NCBI RefSeq assembly: GCF_001194135.2
Contig: NC_068984.1
Coordinates: 98,678,123 to 98,719,128, forward strand
Source of the DNA: Octopus bimaculoides
Taxonomy: Eukaryota
Length of the DNA: 41,006 nucleotides
Direction of reading: 5' to 3'
The position numbers and the translations under genes are program-made. The notes under the pieces were generated by a model. It made no database searches. It was given only the letters and a program-made list of their open reading frames with translations, and was not told where the DNA came from. Position 1 is the stretch's first letter; each line of letters opens with the position of its first letter. This document shows, in pieces, positions 34,471 to 41,006 of the stretch.

Positions 34471-34859
34471 TTGTTGGATTAGTGAAACAATTATGAGAAT
34501 GAAACCAAAGGATAAGCCTGCTTTTCCAGGAATTACTGGGTATGTCAGCTAGTATATAAATATGTATATATGTATATTACTGTATATATATATATATATA
34601 TNNNNNNNNNNNNNNNNNNNNNNNNNNNNNNNNNNNNNNNNNNNNNNNNNNNNNNNNNNNNNNNNNNNNNNNNNNNNNNNNNNNNNNNNNNNNNNNNNNN
34701 NNNNNNNNATACATATACATAATACATATATAGTCAATTGAGGTGTATCGAAACATTTGCAGTGATTATTAAAAAGGTGCCTAACTGTTCTTACTCTTCC
34801 TTTTGACTCTTTTACTTTTTACATATACATATATACATATATGTGTGTGTATGTGTGTA

Positions 34860-35005
34860 GGTGCAGGAGTGTCTGTGTGGTAAGTAGCTTGCTTACCAAT
34901 GACATGGTTCTGGGTTCAGTCCCACTGCATGGCACTTTGGGCAAGTGCCTTCTACAAAGCCTTGTGAGTGGATTTGGTAGAGAGAAACTGAAAGAAGCCA
35001 TTGTA

Positions 35006-35088
<83 letters not shown>

Positions 35089-35291
35089 TTGTGTGTCTGT
35101 GTTTGTTCCCCCCAACATCGCTTGACAACCGATGCTGGTGTGTTTATGTCCCCGTAGCTTAGCAGTTCGGCAAAAAGAGACCAATAGAATAAATACCAGG
35201 CTTACAAAGAATAAGTCCTGGGGTCGATTTGTTTGACTAAAGGCAGTGCTCCAGCATGGCTGCAGTCAAATGACTGAAACGAGTAAAAGAG
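34860..35291 (+). mobile_element. Full-length composite SINE family B (tRNA head + internal (TA)n(TG)n + 3' module)
   Basis: Head matches 1939/25070/29625. Tail matches 24043, 2445 and 37062. Confidence 0.9.
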
Positions 35292-35315
35292 TATATATAA
35301 GCTGATTTACTGGAT

Positions 35316-36440
35316 TTGTACAGTCTCAGAGTATTGCAAGGTGCTGATTGTGATGCAGATGACAAAATGGTTAGGGCCAAGTTCAAGTTCAGGGTCCATA
35401 AAAAAATTAGTAGTGCAGGTGTACATGTACCAAAGAAAATTGATGTAGAGCAGCTAAAACAACCACAAGTTTTGCAGTTGTTTCAGAAGAGATGCAGCAA
35501 TGTTCATTTTAAAGGTTCATGGCAATCTTTCTGGGATGGAATACATATAATGGTAACAGAGGCATTAGGTTTTAAGAGGAGACAATACGAAGACTGGTTT
35601 GATTCCAGTGATACAGTGATAAATGAGCTTTTAGCAACAAAGAGGTCTACTCATGTAAAGCTTCTTGACCCAAACGTTAAGAACAAAGTGCAACTAGAAA
35701 AGTTGTGCAATTCTCAGAAAGCAGACTTGCAAAAAGAATTCAGGAGGCTTAAATTTGTCTGAGGATGTACAACCAGCCTATGACAGGAAAGACACTAAAA
35801 GTTTCTATAGTTTATTGCTACAAGCTTTTGGACTGCAATCTTTATCATATGTTCCCTTGAAGTCGAAAGATGGAAATGAGGTTAGTAAAGATCCTCCTCG
35901 AATAATGAATACTTTGCAGATCTTTTCCACAATCTGTCAGTTGTAAGCATACCCATCATAAGCAATATTATGCAAAGAGAGTGCAACACATGAATGATAC
36001 ACCTTTCATTGAAGAAGTAAATCTGACATTATGTAAACAGAGATCAGGTAAAGCTCCTGGATTGAATGGTATTTCAGTTGAAATTCTGAAAGCAGGTGGC
36101 GATCATATTTCATCTGAAATTCATAACCTGATAACTTGAGTTTGGAATGAATCTTCTGTGCCACAAGAATAGATAAATGGCATTCTAATCTCTGTATATA
36201 ACGGTAAGGGCCTGAAAGCAGTGTGTAGTAATTCTAGAGGGATAACTCTTCTGGCATATACCGGGAAGATACTTTTAAAAGTCATGTTAGATCGTTTTGT
36301 TGAAAATGTGTGTTCACATGTGATTCCTGAAGAACAGTGCGGTTTCAGACCTGAGCAAGGAACAATGGACATGATATTTTCTGTGAGGCAGGTTCAAGAG
36401 AAATGCTTAGAGGAACAAATGCCACTATGCAAGGTTTTCT
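35316..36440 (+). mobile_element. RTE-type LINE ORF2 fragment (EN end, tether, RT N-terminus)
   Basis: GADCDADDKMVRAK...EDWFD...KAPGLNGISVEILKAGG...SNSRGITLLAYTGKILLKV...EEQCGFRPEQGTMDMIFSVRQVQEKCLE. Ends in a microsatellite. Confidence 0.9.
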
Positions 36441-36498
36441 GTATATGTATATAATATGTATATATATGTATATATGTATATGTATGTATATTTATATG

Positions 36499-36530
<32 letters not shown>

Positions 36531-37061
36531 CATACATACATACATATATATATTTATATATAAGGTAACAAGCAAAGGAAAAAATTCCTTCAAAGGGGTG
36601 TGTAAAACATCCAATTCACTGGTACCTTGATTGAATGTCACATAAATATGTGTATAATGCAAATTAGAAACAATAGATTAAATAAAGAGATACAAATGAC
36701 AAACCAATAATTTATTTATATTATAACATAATATACTATGAATATAATATAATATAATATAAACAATTATTTAGAAAGCCAAAATGCCAACAATTTGTTT
36801 CGACATATACATTTTTTGATATATAAACAATTCAACTCCCTTATATATAAGCTTCAGGGCAATTGGTATGTAGACAGACGAAATTCCATGTAAAAGTATT
36901 GCTGGATTGTAAAAATATTAATTCAAATGCTTATGTATTATGAGTGTGAGCATTAACCATTCAGCTACATATCAATTACATTAAAAATTTAAAAACAACA
37001 AAGTTATAATGGACAAAATAATTTAGTAAGTAGAATCTACAACTCTCGAAACATACTTGCA

Positions 37062-37265
37062 TCTGTGCCTCAGTGTTTGTACCTCCACCATTGCTTGACA
37101 ACTGATGTTGCGGTGTTTATGTTCCCGTAAATTAGTGGTTTGGCAAAAGACACTGATAGAATAAGCACTAGGCTTACAAGGAATAAATTCTGCAGTCGAT
37201 TGGTTCGACTAAACACAGTGCTCCAGCATAGCCGCAGTCACATGATTGAAACAAGTAAGACAATA
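37062..37265 (+). mobile_element. 3' half of composite SINE family B
   Basis: ATTGCTTGACAACTGATG...GTGCTCCAGCATAGCCGCAGTC...GAAACAAGTAAGA. Confidence 0.85.
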
Positions 37266-37321
37266 CAAATCTATGCCATTTTAATCTTGAGCAATGCTGG
37301 GTATCTCTGCTACTATATGTG

Positions 37322-37354
<33 letters not shown>

Positions 37355-37869
37355 NNNNNNNNNNNNNNNNNNNNNNNNNTATATATACACATGTATATAT
37401 ATATATATGTATATATACACATGTATATATATATATATGTGTATATATATAAGCAAAAATTTAGATTCAGATCAATATGGTACTTAAGCTGAGGCACCAG
37501 AATTTAGTACGGTATTATCCATACAATTTCAAAGTAAGGTGATTAAAATCAAAATAAGCAACAAAGATATCCAGAAGTAATGCAGTACAATCGTTTCATG
37601 CAATTCCATTTAATTGAACAATGAAATCATTACATCAATTTAAAATGCAGAGCAATCCCCAGCTGCACAAAGACATACAATTTAATTAAATTAGAACAGA
37701 TGGATACATTAGTATAATTATACCTAAACTCTCCAAGAAGTTAAGGAGATAGACAAAGAACATGCTGCTTCTACTACAGCATATAAGTTACTAAATTATC
37801 AAGAAGACTCTGCCTGTCACTGATTTTATTTTTTTGTTATGGGGTCAGTGTTAATTTATAGACTAGTTT

Positions 37870-40060
37870 ATCAAATCTTTGTATATCTAAGGCTGAGAGA
37901 ATAAAGGGCAGTATCTGTTAGGAGTAGGGCTGAGAGAGCAGACAGAAATCATAGTTGGTATAGTCATAAAAATCAAGATTTATTAGAAGCAATATCATGA
38001 AGTTTGGTAAAGGAAAACTTAAAAGAAGATGTTAGCTGACAACTAAGGGGGTCGCCACTAGCAGACCATTGATAATGAAACAAGGGAAGTCTTATCATGT
38101 AGTACTATAGTTAAATGTTTTAAACAATGTTGCTATATTGTATACAGTTAAAGTTTATGGTTATTCTGAGGGTTATTAAGCAGAATATATTAACAAAAGG
38201 ATAGAAATTTATGAATACTTTTGAGTATATTCCAAACTTTTACCACAATAGAGGGAGGAAAAGAAAATTATCCAGAAATAGTTTAATATTTATACATATA
38301 GTACACTTAAATACTAACTCATCAGATGGTGTCTGTGAATATTGATTAATTGGTATATACTGGTATTAATAAAGGATTATTGAGGAAAAGAACATTCTAA
38401 TTATATATTAATAAAATTATAATCTAAGCAGTTTTTTTTATAAGTAGTGAATATACCAGTATAGTCTTATATAAGCTAAGTACGAATTTATAGAGATACA
38501 CAGATTAGCTTAGTTTTATGAATAAATAAAGGCTAATTATAAATTAATAAAAAATGAAATAAAATAATCAAGTAGGGCAGAACACAATAGAAAAAGAATA
38601 AAACAGCTTAATTACTAATACTATGGTAAAGTATATGTAGCTTATTAACACCAATAGAGAAGATTTATAGAAAAAGTATAATAATTCAAAATATATTGGA
38701 CTAAAAATTATATATTAACTTATTTAGCTAATATCAATAAAAGACTGATGTCTGGTATCAGCTAAAGGAATATTTAAGTTATGGAACATTCATATTTTAC
38801 ACTAATCTTTCTACATATAAATGAAGGGTTATATTATAGGTTTAAGAAGTTATTGTTACTCCTTACATGATATCTATAGTTTCTTAGTGGTACTTGTTTA
38901 GAAGGGTTATTTATATAAAGGCCTTTATAAAATACTAAGATCAGGAGGGTAGAGCCATTTAAGAAAGAGATAAATCAAGTAATTTCTAAAGATCATTTCA
39001 AACAATATTGTCTTATTGTATAAAGTTAAAATTCAGAGTAATCAAGAAGATTATTAAGAATGAAATTTTAACAAAGGAATAAAACTTCTATGAATATTAT
39101 GAGTATATACCAAATTTTTTACCAAAATAGAGGGAGGAAAAGAAAATTGCAAAGAAAATAGTTTAACATTTATTTACTTATTACTTATCTAAATATTAAC
39201 TTATTATATGATTTCTATAAAGATTGATCAATTGGTTTTACCTGGTATTTAATGATGGACCAACTGGGGTTAAAGAACATGTTAATTGTATACTGATTTA
39301 ATTGAATTTAACTATTTAAGTTGTCAAGATACCAGTATTACCTTATATAAGCTGAATATGAAATAATAGGGGTACAAGGATTAGATTTATTTAAGGCTAC
39401 TATAAAATAATAATAACTAACAATAATAAAATGATCAGTTAGGGTAGAGCATCGTAGAAAAGGAATAAAGACAGCCTAATCACTAAAACCATAATAAGGT
39501 ATCCATACCTTATTAACTTCAATAGCAAATATTATAGAAAATGTATAATAATTTAGGTAAAACAATATGTCATTATTGTATAAAGTTAAAATTTAGGGTT
39601 ATCAGGAAGATTTATCATTGAGGTGAGAGAACAAATTTACTATAAATGAGTTAAACTATAATCTAAGCAGTTTAATTTTAAGTTATGAAGATACCTATAA
39701 TTGTATATTATAAGCTAAGTATGAATTTATAGGGGTACAAAAATTTAGTTTTGTCTAGTTGCAATTATAAAGTATTAAAATGGTCAGGTAGTGTAGAAAC
39801 ACCATAGAAAATAATATAAAATAGCCTAATCACTAAAATCACGATGAAGTTTATACACAATTTAGTAATTTCAATAGAGAAGATTTATAGAAAATATGAA
39901 ATAATTCAAGTATTTAAAACTAAAATTGTTTATTTACTTTATTAGCTTGTATCTGTAATAATTGATACCCAATATTAACTAAAGGAAAATTATTGCTATA
40001 GGGCATGCTACCTATGCACTGATTTTAAATTTAGAGGTACATTATAGGTTTTAAATCACA
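37870..40060. repeat. AT-rich, strand-skewed complex degenerate tandem repeat (periods ~875 and ~360-560 bp)
   Basis: ATAAGCTAAGTAxGAATTTATAG-like landmark at 38471, 39347 and 39710. TAGAGGGAGGAAAAGAAAATT occurs twice ~880 bp apart. Confidence 0.75.
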
Positions 40061-40074
40061 AGATCAATAAAGTA

Positions 40075-40330
40075 CTACTTTCTAAAATATTTGAAGGTGC
40101 GGGTGGCACTATGTACACATGATACCCTAAGGTCTAATCTATTATTAATCAGGTTGCCATTTTCTTTATTCTTAAAAATTTCATATGTTTCTATAGAGCA
40201 AAGCTCACACCCATATCTGCTATTTCTATAAGGCTGAGCTTTTCTTATTATTTCCCATTTGAGGCTAAATGCAATTCCACTTTCTTTCAATCCCAAAATC
40301 TTACTGGATAATGACGTACAATTTGCCTAA
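40075..40330 (-). mobile_element. Penelope-like C-terminal fragment
   Basis: LKESGIAFSLKWEIIRKAQPYRNSRYGCELCSIETYEI...LINNRLDLRVSCVH (CxLC...CxH motif). Homologous to 21380 and 25830. Confidence 0.75.
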
Positions 40331-40549
40331 TGTTTAAGTCTAAAAGACAGCACGTGATTGTATATATGCAGTTTCAAATTAATTGAAACACCAAAGTAAA
40401 TATAATTATTAGTTGTAGTTATTATTGTGCATTTATATACTACGTTCTGGGTAAGACATCGGCCTTATAATGGACATCAGGATTTAACTCTACAATTGCA
40501 ACCAGGACAATTATTATCATTAATATTAGTATTATTAAGATTTAAATTA

Positions 40550-40551
40550 TT

Positions 40552-40583
<32 letters not shown>

Positions 40584-40750
40584 ATATATGTGTATATATA
40601 TGTATATATGTATAAATATATGTATATATCGATATATATTTGTATATATGTACGTATATGTATATATATGTATATATATGTATATATGTGTATATATATG
40701 TGTATATATATGTATATATGTGTGTATATATGTATGTATATATATGTGTG

Positions 40751-40785
<35 letters not shown>

Positions 40786-41006
40786 GTACATATATGTATG
40801 TATATGCATATATATGTATATATATATAAATATGTATATGTCTATGTATATATATATCTACATATATGTATGTATATATATGTATATATATATATATGTA
40901 ATTATATATGTATATATATATATTTATATATATGTATGCATATATATGTATATATAAATATATGTATATATATATATATGTAATTATATATGTATATATA
41001 TATATA
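40550..41006. repeat. Long (TA)/(TATG) complex microsatellite
   Basis: Direct reading. Confidence 0.95.

Noticed and set aside
38319-38325. CTGATGA on the minus strand (also a + strand CTGATGA near 16629 and 18455)
   Set aside because: No stem II plus GAAA plus NUH geometry. Heptamers are expected by chance in AT-rich DNA.
37870-40060. Mitochondrial insertion (NUMT), alternative-code gene, or GNAT motif (VRVEHRRKGI)
   Set aside because: No mitochondrial protein or rRNA motif recognised. Stops of all types occur, and frames are not conserved between repeat copies.
40455-40481. Possible HHR relic CCTGATG-TCCATTATAAGGCC-GATGTC on the minus strand
   Set aside because: Both core halves are broken. 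Too degenerate to call.

Overview
Eukaryotic, AT-rich, microsatellite-saturated genomic DNA with ten assembly gaps (N runs). The SINE and LINE-tail families resemble those I associate with Octopus/cephalopod genomes; this is inference, not a database match. No intact gene is visible. Almost every long ORF in the track is a translation of (TA)n/(CA)n/(TG)n repeats or N gaps. The real coding signal is decayed mobile DNA: four Penelope-like (PLE) GIY-YIG/C-terminal fragments, a Tx1/L1-type LINE with an internal deletion, RTE-type LINE pieces, a Helitron PIF1-like helicase, two mariner remnants, MITEs and many tRNA-derived SINEs. The most unusual signal is non-coding. At least four near-complete and several decayed minimal hammerhead-ribozyme (HHR) motifs (CUGAnGA - stem II - GAAA - tiny palindromic stem III - NUH) occur, mostly inside or beside fold-back elements or downstream of PLE ORFs. 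The best case is a ~510-bp palindrome (17347-17857) of two back-to-back units, each a tRNA-like Pol III head fused to an (AAT)n spacer and an HHR-bearing tail. A few low-confidence minus-strand exon candidates may belong to a host gene whose introns contain all of this.
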